Source: Candidatus Obscuribacterales bacterium (GTDB lineage: Bacteria; Cyanobacteriota; Vampirovibrionia; Obscuribacterales; Obscuribacteraceae). Taken from it: 64,000 nucleotides of DNA. The notes beneath the pieces are model-generated. The model saw only the letters and a list, made by a program, of their open reading frames with translations. It did not search any database and was not told where the DNA came from. The DNA is taken from contig CBDDIJ010000003.1 of assembly GCA_965228855.1 (NCBI GenBank), forward strand, positions 512,001 through 576,000, written 5' to 3'. Below are positions 48,300 to 57,213 of the stretch, in pieces (the stretch's first letter is position 1; each line of letters opens with the position of its first letter). The position numbers and the translations under genes are program-made.

Positions 48300-49178
48300 C
48301 TATGAAACGTCTCGAATCTTCTTGAGCGTTCTGATGATTTTGTCAGGCTGGGTGGCATTCGAGATCGTGATGAAAATCCCTTCGCCAAAGTTTGCCACGA
48401 AGACGGCGCCCATCTCGGTATACAGGATGATTTGCTGCAGGCGCTCGTTGCCTATGCCTTCAAGCATTGCTTCGGTTCCCATGTAAATCGACAATGCGAG
48501 GACCGCGAGATTTTCGGAATTCAGTTCATCAGGTAACGACCCGGCGACCATCAGACCATCACTGCCGATAATCGCCCATCCTACGACTTCCTCGTGACGA
48601 GTGATCTCATTTAGAATTCCACGAAGGTCTTCCAGCGCCTTTATGGTCAGAATCCGAAGACCCAATTCCGAGGGCGCCGCGGCGGTCATGGCGCGAAGCA
48701 TCTCAAGTTCTCGGTCGTCGAGAATGAATCGTCCGATGTTGCAAATTAAGCCTGGAGTGTTTGGATCTATTTCCGGATTCGGATTCAGACGTCCGGTCGC
48801 TCCGACGGCTTTGGGTGGAATTGGTTGGATGTTTGGTTGTGATGGGTCAGGCTGTGCCCCGTGAGTGGGTTGTTGACTCTGGAGACCCGATGCCATGTGT
48901 TGACCAGGCGCGAGTGCTGACGATGTTGCGGGATTATGTTGAAGCTGAGTCAGTTGCTCCTCCAGATCGGAGTGCAGTGGTTCCAGATACGGAGGTGCCT
49001 GGTCGAACGGAGACGGTGTCGCGGCCATCAGCTGAATACGACGCTGTTCGAGGTAATGGAGAGTCATCTGGTTGAGCCCGCGAAAGAATTCAGCACACGA
49101 ATCACACTTCGAAATGTGACTATCCATCACGTCTTCGAACCACTGTCGGATAATGGTTTGGTAATCGCTGCAGCTCAT
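48300..49178 (-). CDS. Roadblock/LC7 (MglB-like) domain protein with an N-terminal zf-HC2-like motif
   Basis: MSCSDYQ...HISKCDSC; C-terminal VVGWAIIGSDGLMVA...ENLAVL...LQQIILYTEMG. Confidence 0.82.
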   Translation of the reverse strand: MSCSDYQTIIRQWFEDVMDSHISKCDSCAEFFRGLNQMTLHYLEQRRIQLMAATPSPFDQAPPYLEPLHSDLEEQLTQLQHNPATSSALAPGQHMASGLQSQQPTHGAQPDPSQPNIQPIPPKAVGATGRLNPNPEIDPNTPGLICNIGRFILDDRELEMLRAMTAAAPSELGLRILTIKALEDLRGILNEITRHEEVVGWAIIGSDGLMVAGSLPDELNSENLAVLALSIYMGTEAMLEGIGNERLQQIILYTEMGAVFVANFGEGIFITISNATQPDKIIRTLKKIRDVS

Positions 49179-49463
49179 GAAGTCCTTTATCCCCGATCTG
49201 CCTTATTTTAACCGACTTCTATCCTCCTTTCGAGGGGGCACCTGAGAGTGATTCAGGACACCGCTCCAGTGTGGTAGAAAGTTACCAGGGAGTCTTGTTT
49301 CGCTTCCCTTGCGAGCGATGGGTCGCTGGCGATACAGTAGTAAAGAGATGCATCGACAATTTGTCGGTTTGCTAGGCGTAGATCTCGTGTTAGCCTGAAG
49401 GGCCTGGTTCGGTTAAAACGAAGCCTTTCTCGTTACGGTTGCACCGCTGGCGGTGGTAGATTC

Positions 49464-50456
49464 ATGCAAATAGGATTTTGTCATAAAGCGAAGGACAGCT
49501 TTTTGTCGGCGTACATCTTTGCTGCATCACTTTCTCTATTCACTTCACCCGCCACGGCTGGAACGTCCTCGATGCCTACTCCTGGTCTCAGGTCACCTGC
49601 GATCAAAACACCGGCGCTAAAACCTCCAACGCAAAGACCGAAATCGCTGCGGGGAAGCATCAGGAAAACAACCAGGAAAGCTGTCTCCCAAACACACAAG
49701 AAATCCTCTACCGTCAAAACCGACGAAAATAAAAACAGGAAACCGGTAGGCGCGCTTAAAAACGTTTCCGGAAGCGAAGATGAGCCTTCGGAGGCGGCGG
49801 ATACGGAACCAGAGTTTATCGAGACTGTGCCAAATCCGGACGGAAACAGGGTTAACTCACTTTTCCCCCATGCTTCCACCGCGAAGATGATAGAGGATAA
49901 GTCGTTCAGGCTAATGGTCACCATCGATGGTACCAAGTTTAAACTGGAGGGCGGAAATTCAATGAAACTTGAATCCGGTAGTGTTCTCGTCTCGCCCAGT
50001 CATAAAATCAAGGTGGCGACTCCTTCTTGCTGGATCGAACTTCAGGAAGGGAGCGCGGTTTCGATCGATGCTACTGAGGACACTACATACGTTCGCGACT
50101 TCCATGATCGCTGGAAAGGTCACGTCGTCGTTCACGTTAACGATAAAGATATTAATCTTATGCCGGGTGCAGAACTAATTGTCACCAAAGAAACAGACCC
50201 TGATAAAGCCTGGCAGAAAGCCGTTCGTCACCACATCCGAAGACGCGGGTTGGCAGAATATAAAATCGGAGTCGAGAACGTCACCGTTTTTCGCGGTGAT
50301 TTTTCGATACCGGATGCGATGCTAAAAAGTCGCCACTTTCTATATCTCAAAGAACATCCCGATGCTCATGCCCGCTCAGTTCTGGATGAAATAACCAAAA
50401 CGGCGGCCTTGCTGCATATTACCGATCACAGCGGTCCATACACGCTGTTGAGATAG
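49464..50456 (+). CDS. Secreted protein with a FecR-like beta domain
   Basis: Signal-like N-terminus, basic P/K linker, LESGSVLV...VATP...GSAVSI...TYVR...HVVV...LMPG pattern. Confidence 0.6.
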   Translation: MQIGFCHKAKDSFLSAYIFAASLSLFTSPATAGTSSMPTPGLRSPAIKTPALKPPTQRPKSLRGSIRKTTRKAVSQTHKKSSTVKTDENKNRKPVGALKNVSGSEDEPSEAADTEPEFIETVPNPDGNRVNSLFPHASTAKMIEDKSFRLMVTIDGTKFKLEGGNSMKLESGSVLVSPSHKIKVATPSCWIELQEGSAVSIDATEDTTYVRDFHDRWKGHVVVHVNDKDINLMPGAELIVTKETDPDKAWQKAVRHHIRRRGLAEYKIGVENVTVFRGDFSIPDAMLKSRHFLYLKEHPDAHARSVLDEITKTAALLHITDHSGPYTLLR

Positions 50457-50502
50457 CGTTTCCCAACGGCGTTTGTAATGCGAAGTTTCCTGCTATGACG
50501 CC

Positions 50503-51303
50503 TTACCCTGTAGCTGATTTATTGTCCTCGTCGTCGCTTTCGGGGACGTCAAGGCAAACGACGTTGTTGAATAGAACTCGTCTCATTGTACGTTCTGCTC
50601 GAATTGCGATAAACGGATTGTCATCGTTACTGAGCTTTTCGAGCACTATAAATGGCATGTTGTGGTTCTCAGCCAGAGCGTATCTAACGTCGAGACTCTC
50701 GTCGTCAGCAAGTTTCACGAGTATTGAAACAGGACAGAGCGGATGCTCTGCTACTGCTTCCTTGACGTCGGCAAAATTACTCATCGCCAGTTCCGCCAGA
50801 ATTTCCGGCGTCGCATTCGGAGACTCCGCGATTGATAATTGCCTGCGCTTGAGCGCGGAGGCATCCATTGCATCTCCTGTTCCTACGATCATGGCAAATA
50901 TTTCCTCGTCATTGAGTTCGGGTTTAGAGCCCGTTTGAACTGCACGCCGCTGTGCCGCCCTCTGAGCCTCGGCCCTGTTGAAAGTTGCTGTTTCCTGTAG
51001 GGCTTCCGAGTAGTTCTCGACTAATTGACTCAATGCCTGGAAATGAACCGGGTCTATACTGGGCAGACCGGTATAACTTTGGCGACTCAAGGCGTCGCGA
51101 ACTTCCTTCCTGTGCTTCCAGTAGCCTGCCTGGGCTTGTGAGGATTTATAAGATTCCGGTGTTAAGTCTTGCTCTCGACTGTCACTGGATAAGTTATGCC
51201 CAGATTTCAGGACTTCATCTCTGTTGTCTTCAAACAGGGCTCTCGCAAGGTCGGCAGGGTTCGTTTTTTCTCCGGCGGCGAGATGGTTCGAGGTGACGTT
51301 CAT
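50503..51303 (-). CDS. Leucine-rich-variant (LRV)/HEAT repeat protein
   Basis: IAESPNATPEILAELA, VAEHPLCPVSILVKLADD and VRYALAENHNMP repeats; GAGGA before ATG 51303. Confidence 0.78.
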   Translation of the reverse strand: MNVTSNHLAAGEKTNPADLARALFEDNRDEVLKSGHNLSSDSREQDLTPESYKSSQAQAGYWKHRKEVRDALSRQSYTGLPSIDPVHFQALSQLVENYSEALQETATFNRAEAQRAAQRRAVQTGSKPELNDEEIFAMIVGTGDAMDASALKRRQLSIAESPNATPEILAELAMSNFADVKEAVAEHPLCPVSILVKLADDESLDVRYALAENHNMPFIVLEKLSNDDNPFIAIRAERTMRRVLFNNVVCLDVPESDDEDNKSATG

Positions 51304-51549
51304 TCCACTTTCCTCAGAGCGCATCCGGCTTTCGCACGAAGGTCCTTTTGTCACTCTATCAAATGTATTTCCAACAAAGCCATTGGAAAGGGCATGGTTA
51401 CTCAATTGCATCGAGTTTTCAATGCATGCTATTGCAATTTATGGGAAACCATTTAGAAACATACAGCTAGCCCGATACTTGCATCTCGGTCTGGTAAGGT
51501 ATACCTGAAGATAACCGAATACCGGCTTGGATGTGAGACAATTCGACGA

Positions 51550-53001
51550 ATGCGAATCTGGAACCTTCTCCTCTCAGCGCTGATGATTCTCTGCTTGGTA
51601 GTAGTCTCCCCGACTGCCACCCAAGCTTCATCGACCTCGCCCGATTGCGGCAAGCTTACTGAAGTCCAAGGTCATGTCTTCAAACGTGGCTTCAAGGATG
51701 AACGGAAGGAAGTTTGGAGCGAGCCGGTAGCTGCTCAAGTAGGCGATCTCGTGTCCGATGGTATGCAAGTCGGTACCGGCGAAAAATCTTGGACTCAGTG
51801 CACGTGGAGGCACGTGACAGCGAGAGCCTGGGAAAATTCGGTTTACATGGTATCGCCAAAACAAAAGCTTGTTTACCTCGTGGGCGGTGAGCTCTTGTTT
51901 AACCTGGACAAGCATCGTCCCGATAAAACCCCCTACTCTATCTGGACAAAATATCTTCACGCTACCGTGCGCGGAACCACTTTGCTAGTGCAGACAACGG
52001 AACTTGGCTCCAAAGTTTCGGTGCTTGAGGGCACGGTCGATGTTTTAAATCGTCTCGACAACAGTGTCGTGACTCTGACACCAGGGGTAGTGTATGAGGT
52101 GACGGCCAAAGATTCGAAGTCGGAAGTGGATAAAACTTCATTTAACTCTGGTATTACAGATGGTGCGTACATCGCCAATCAAGTCACCAGCGAGGAGCGT
52201 CTGGGTTTGCGAGGCACGCTCGAGGCCTTCGCCGGCAAAATAGATTTGACCGGCGGAGCAGGCATCGACCTCGGAATTGCAAATATCAACCCTGTAGTGC
52301 TCTTCGATTCTCTGTCGTCGACAACCATTGCCACGCTGACATCGCTTAATCAGGTAGTTTTACACCCGCTGTTGACTGACGTTTTCCAAACCCCGCTCTC
52401 GTCTATGTCTTTGATCAAGTCGGAGATGCCGCTCGTCAAGGTCGATTTGAGCAACCATCCTGCAACAGGTGTAAGTGAAACGCTTAAGGGAGTTTCAGTT
52501 CAGCAAGTTCCGATTCTAACTGCCTACAGTATCGGTTCCGATCTCCTGTCCCGCATGAAAGAGCGCGAAGTCGCGTTTCAACACTGGGGTCCTTCCGGCA
52601 TCGTATCCTGGAGTAAGGATGCCCGTGGTGCGCGAGCAGGTGAACTCTTTCGTGGCTCGATCTCGGACGTGACGTCAAAAGCAAACGGCCTGAGCGGTGT
52701 TCTCAACCGTGGAGGGGTGGTGCAATTGACTCAGTTTAATAGTATGGGAGCTAATTTGCAAAATGCCAGTCGTTCACTCGGTGTGACTACCTCCAATGTG
52801 CTGAGAGGCACTAACGGCGCGGTCGGCGGTGTTGTGAACGGCGCACTTGGTGGCGTTGGTGGTGCGGTCGGCAGCACGCTCGGCGGCGCCTCCGGTGCAA
52901 TCGGTGGCGTCGGAAACACTGTAGGCGGCACCGTGGGCGGTCTGGGCGGGTCGCTCGGCGGAGTTCTCGGTGGTGGTGGACTCGGAGGTCTGCTAAAGTA
53001 G
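51550..53001 (+). CDS. Secreted FecR-domain protein with a glycine-rich C-terminus
   Basis: Signal peptide; LTEVQGHV...VGD....GMQVGTGEKS...ATVRGT...VSVLEGTVDV; Gly-zipper-like tail. Confidence 0.85.
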   Translation: MRIWNLLLSALMILCLVVVSPTATQASSTSPDCGKLTEVQGHVFKRGFKDERKEVWSEPVAAQVGDLVSDGMQVGTGEKSWTQCTWRHVTARAWENSVYMVSPKQKLVYLVGGELLFNLDKHRPDKTPYSIWTKYLHATVRGTTLLVQTTELGSKVSVLEGTVDVLNRLDNSVVTLTPGVVYEVTAKDSKSEVDKTSFNSGITDGAYIANQVTSEERLGLRGTLEAFAGKIDLTGGAGIDLGIANINPVVLFDSLSSTTIATLTSLNQVVLHPLLTDVFQTPLSSMSLIKSEMPLVKVDLSNHPATGVSETLKGVSVQQVPILTAYSIGSDLLSRMKEREVAFQHWGPSGIVSWSKDARGARAGELFRGSISDVTSKANGLSGVLNRGGVVQLTQFNSMGANLQNASRSLGVTTSNVLRGTNGAVGGVVNGALGGVGGAVGSTLGGASGAIGGVGNTVGGTVGGLGGSLGGVLGGGGLGGLLK

Positions 53002-53025
53002 CCAGTAAACGGAGGCCTGCTTTAA

Positions 53026-55431
53026 GTGGAAGTCCAATCGGCTGGTCGAAAGCAAAAACAGATAACCCTGAGCGAGTTGTTCCTGATCTTCGTCGCCGCT
53101 GCTTTATGCTTTGGACTGCTTTTTCAGTTTCTTGGATTGTTTAGAAGGTTTGAACTTCAAACAATCAATCACCGCTTTGAAGCCCGCAACTGGTTTAAGT
53201 GGAACGAGATTAGCCTTGCTCGTTTGAATCCCATAGCGCTGTTCGATTACCACGAGAAAAACGAAATACCGAAGACCTGGTGGAGTTGGGACTACACTTT
53301 GTCCTGGCTTATCGGAGACAATCACGCTGAGCCGAAGTTGAAGGTTGTTATTTTCAATCGCCTTCTCGAAGATGAACCTCCTCAGGAGGCTGTTAGTTCG
53401 CATCCCTGGATGAAACCTTTGTTGAGCTATCCGTTACCGCGCGAGACATTGTCGCAGATGGTCGCGTTTATCGCCAACTCCGGCGCACGAGCGATAGTGC
53501 TTGACTATGATTTCCCTCAGTACGCCGAGGGTGACAAAGAGCTTGCCCAGTCGATTTACAAGGCTCGTGCCGGCATCATAAATTTACCTGTCTTTATGGC
53601 CAATACGGTGCACTCTGGCACCGCCAATAATATCAATCAACTTCAGCAACCTGTAACCAGGAGTGGTGTCATTCGCGAGTTGGAAAAGCTTGAGCCGGAG
53701 GTTGACGTTGTCGATAAATACACCGGTCTCACCGGTGTTCTCCAGGACGAAGATCAAGTAGTTAGACGCATGGTTCTCAAGCTTCATTTGCCTGATGGAA
53801 AAGAATACGAATCGGTAGTGACTAAATTACTCCATAGTTTGAATGAAACCGTTGCTTCAAACACTCCTGAAGTAATTGATGTTGATTTCATCACCGTTCC
53901 GAACTCCGAAACCTTTCCAGTCCGCCCGCTGTCTTACCTGCTAGACCCTGAACTAAAGAAGAAAATCGTGCAGAGAGGAGGAAAAGACGTATCGCTTAAG
54001 GATGCAATAGTCATAATCGGAGATGGTATCAGTGACGTCTATGACACACCGCTGACTAATCTTGGTGCCAATCGGAGGTCCGGAGCGGAACTCTTGGCGC
54101 AGGGACTGGATACAATAGTGCGGCAGAGCTGGCTGCAGCGGGTGACCGTTCCACAAGAATATATCTTCGTCGCGCTCATGGCTATTATTGGAGGGATAAA
54201 CTTTGTGGCGTTCCGCTACCTGTCCGGAGTGCGGAATGCTGATGACCTGCTTCACCGGCGTGGTTCGCTGGCGGTATGGACCGATGTCGGTTTATTTGTC
54301 TCTTCGCTCCTGGGCGTCTATTTTGTTGCCAACATTTTGTTTTCTTATGCCCACATGATAGTACCGCTTGTGGTGCCGGCAATCGCCATCACGATAGCTA
54401 CACTCATTACAGTTTTGTGGGAGCGTGATCGAATCAGAGTCATGTCGCTGCTCAATCAAGTGAAATCATCTCAAGAAAAACTCATACTGGCTCAGGAGAA
54501 GCATGATGCTCAATTGGCTTACCAGGCGAGTCTTGCCGAGCAGCGCGCCATGGAAGAGGACCGCAGTCGCAGGCACGATATGGTACGGCGGCTAAACCAT
54601 GACCTGAAGGCGCCAATATCTGTTTTCAACTGGACCCTCGCCAAAGTGCTCAAGGACAGAGAGCCGGATGACCCGATGTATGTGGTTTTTCAACGCCTGA
54701 AGAAGAGCTCTGAACATCTTTCGAATTTGCTTACCGAGATATTGCAGTCGCTCGCCGAGGATGGTGGACCGGAACGCAATAAAGTGATGATTTGCGAGAT
54801 CACATCCGTGCTCAAGGAACAGTCCGAACTGGAACGCTCGCTTGCCGAGATTACCGGTTCTGAAGTAATTCTGAGTCTGCCTGAGTGGGATGGGTTGACC
54901 TGGGTCATTGGGACAGAACTCGAAATCGCGCGAATTGTCGACAACATCGTAGGTAATGCTCTCAAGCATAATCCGGCTGGGACGCGCGTCGAGATATCGA
55001 TGCCTACTTCCGATTGGAACGACGAGCTTGTAATGGTTTCAATCAAAGATAACGGCAAAGGAATTGCAAAAGATGACCTGGAGCGCATTTTTCAATCGGG
55101 CTTCCGCGCAGGTGGGGCGCGTCAAGAAGGTGAGGGGCTTGGACTTAGCATCGCTATGAACCTGGCAACTAAAATTGGCGGCAAAATTGTGGTTGAAAGC
55201 GAAGTCGGCGTTGGAACCAGGTTTGACATCACGTTCCAAAGATATAAATCCACTTTGGACGAGACGTCTGATATTAGGCTAGACCAGGTATCTATGGCTG
55301 CTCTGGAGAATAAGGTCGTGAATTCAGGCCGGACAGATGATGACGACGACGCATCCGGAATGCTAAAAGGAAGTAACCAACCGGGTAGTGACAGCGAGGA
55401 GACAGAAAAATATACTGAGGCTCCCAGGTAA
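53026..55431 (+). CDS. CHASE2-domain sensor histidine kinase
   Basis: CHASE2 motifs (PLPRE, GARAIVLDYDF, DEDQVVRR, DVYDTP, SGAELLAQ) and 3 TMs; H-box NHDLKAP, N-box GNALKH, DNGKGI and GEGLGLSIA. Confidence 0.93.
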   Translation: MEVQSAGRKQKQITLSELFLIFVAAALCFGLLFQFLGLFRRFELQTINHRFEARNWFKWNEISLARLNPIALFDYHEKNEIPKTWWSWDYTLSWLIGDNHAEPKLKVVIFNRLLEDEPPQEAVSSHPWMKPLLSYPLPRETLSQMVAFIANSGARAIVLDYDFPQYAEGDKELAQSIYKARAGIINLPVFMANTVHSGTANNINQLQQPVTRSGVIRELEKLEPEVDVVDKYTGLTGVLQDEDQVVRRMVLKLHLPDGKEYESVVTKLLHSLNETVASNTPEVIDVDFITVPNSETFPVRPLSYLLDPELKKKIVQRGGKDVSLKDAIVIIGDGISDVYDTPLTNLGANRRSGAELLAQGLDTIVRQSWLQRVTVPQEYIFVALMAIIGGINFVAFRYLSGVRNADDLLHRRGSLAVWTDVGLFVSSLLGVYFVANILFSYAHMIVPLVVPAIAITIATLITVLWERDRIRVMSLLNQVKSSQEKLILAQEKHDAQLAYQASLAEQRAMEEDRSRRHDMVRRLNHDLKAPISVFNWTLAKVLKDREPDDPMYVVFQRLKKSSEHLSNLLTEILQSLAEDGGPERNKVMICEITSVLKEQSELERSLAEITGSEVILSLPEWDGLTWVIGTELEIARIVDNIVGNALKHNPAGTRVEISMPTSDWNDELVMVSIKDNGKGIAKDDLERIFQSGFRAGGARQEGEGLGLSIAMNLATKIGGKIVVESEVGVGTRFDITFQRYKSTLDETSDIRLDQVSMAALENKVVNSGRTDDDDDASGMLKGSNQPGSDSEETEKYTEAPR

Positions 55432-55434
55432 ACG

Positions 55435-56124
55435 ATGACGACAAAAGTCTTGATAATTGATGATGACGAGGCCTTCGTCGAGATTCTCGCAGAGTTTCTC
55501 GAAGACGACGGTCAGATTAAGGTCGTCGACAAGGTCGGCTCGGAGCGAGACTGTCAAGAGTGGCTGGCTTCCGGCAAGCTTGAAAGCGTTGACGCTGTCG
55601 TGCTCGATTTGCGCCTGCCCTTCGAGAGCGGAGACAAGCGGACCGATAGCCGAATCGGGCTGCGGATTTTGAATTCTCTGCGTGATACTCATCGATTTTT
55701 CGGACCGATTATCGTCCTGACCAACTCACGTGACTCCGCCGACGGTAAAGAAGCGCTTGGAAACGGTTGCGATGGTTATTTATGCAAACATGCGCCTGCC
55801 GACCAGGTGCCGGTTATGGTCAACGAGTTGAAAATGGCGCTGCTCGGTGATGTCGTGATAGTTTCCAGAGAGCTTCGGCATGTCTTCTTTCGTGATGACG
55901 TGTCGGCAAAGGAAGCTAAACTGATGGACCTCTTGAGCCAGGACCGCAGCTGGAGCGAGATCGCGCAAGCGTTGGGCTACAAAAGTTCAAAGGCTGCCGC
56001 GAATGTCGGCGATAGAATTTTCGACAAAATACTAACAGAGGAAGATCGCAGACGTCTCGTCAATAACGGCGTGAAAAAACGTGATTTAGCTCTTGAAGTT
56101 TGGCGTGCGCGCCACCGTTCGTGA
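55435..56124 (+). CDS. Response regulator (receiver plus atypical C-terminal HTH)
   Basis: VLIIDDD, VVLDLRLP, IIVLTN and GYLCK receiver motifs; SAKEAKLMDLL...SWSEIAQALGY HTH. Confidence 0.9.
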   Translation: MTTKVLIIDDDEAFVEILAEFLEDDGQIKVVDKVGSERDCQEWLASGKLESVDAVVLDLRLPFESGDKRTDSRIGLRILNSLRDTHRFFGPIIVLTNSRDSADGKEALGNGCDGYLCKHAPADQVPVMVNELKMALLGDVVIVSRELRHVFFRDDVSAKEAKLMDLLSQDRSWSEIAQALGYKSSKAAANVGDRIFDKILTEEDRRRLVNNGVKKRDLALEVWRARHRS

Positions 56125-56154
56125 TACCACTAGAGAACCTGATAAGGACGGAGA

Positions 56155-57213
56155 ATGCTTAAACCAATTTTTTCACCCGTACTGGCATTCGTTTTGTTGA
56201 GCGGTGTACTTTCGTTTGCCTGCACGACGTCCGCCGAAGCGAAGCCGGATAAGCGGAAAGCCGCGCAAGAGCGCGCTCGCCAAATTGCCGGTCACAACCT
56301 GGCGTTAGAAGGTCATACTGCCTTCAAACAGAAGCGTTTCGATGATGCCATCGCGAAGTTTACTGAAGCAGCAAAATTGAAACCGCTCGATCCTTCAGTG
56401 AATTATTTCCTGGGATTGTCGGCCATGTACAAAGATGACTACAAGCTGGCCGAGAAGGCTCTGAGTCGTGTGGTGGTGATGTCCGGACCAAAAGATAAGT
56501 TCGCGGTAAGCGCATTGCAGTGTTTCGATTCCCGCCGCAAGGAGTTTGAGCGCGCTCGACCATATAGTTGTTTGATAAGCGGTGGAAAGTTCTGGCGATG
56601 GGCGAAGGAACGCATGCCGATCAATGTCTATCTTTCTAACGGAAGCCAGCTGCCGAAGGGCTTTGTCGGCAATGATTTGAATCCGCAAAAGATGAAACAG
56701 CTGTCCGGCTGGTTTCGCGATCCAAAGTTTGTTTCTCGTCTCCAGGTTCTTCGTCATTTCCGACCCGAGTATGCCTCTGCTGTCAAAGCGGGTTTAAACG
56801 ATTGGGGCTGGGCAAACACGGAAGGATTTTTGAAATACCAGATTGTTGACGACCCGTCGAAGGCCGATATTCTAGTTTTCTACTGCTCTAATTTAAATGG
56901 CAATTTGCCTTCGATGAGCACTATTCCCGAAGGGCGTCACGACCCGGTCGTCGTTCAATTCCCCGTCGAGTACTTCTATAAGCTGCCGCTGGATACATGG
57001 CCGACCGTGATTCGCTCAATTGCCGGGCATGAATTTGGTCACGCATTCGGTTTGCAACACAGTGATTTTAAACGTGACTTGATGTATCCAACAGACAAGA
57101 TCAAGTTTGTGCATCGCAACACTGATCAGACCGGTCCCAACGTCGTGACAAACAATGATGCCGCAACCTTGCGTGCTCTGTATGACTTGCCTGCGCCTAT
57201 TTTGAAGAAGTAG
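56155..57213 (+). CDS. Secreted TPR plus matrixin (M10-like) metalloprotease
   Basis: Signal peptide, 2-3 TPRs, W.KERMPINVY, HEFGHAFGLQHS and DLMYP. Confidence 0.88.
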   Translation: MLKPIFSPVLAFVLLSGVLSFACTTSAEAKPDKRKAAQERARQIAGHNLALEGHTAFKQKRFDDAIAKFTEAAKLKPLDPSVNYFLGLSAMYKDDYKLAEKALSRVVVMSGPKDKFAVSALQCFDSRRKEFERARPYSCLISGGKFWRWAKERMPINVYLSNGSQLPKGFVGNDLNPQKMKQLSGWFRDPKFVSRLQVLRHFRPEYASAVKAGLNDWGWANTEGFLKYQIVDDPSKADILVFYCSNLNGNLPSMSTIPEGRHDPVVVQFPVEYFYKLPLDTWPTVIRSIAGHEFGHAFGLQHSDFKRDLMYPTDKIKFVHRNTDQTGPNVVTNNDAATLRALYDLPAPILKK

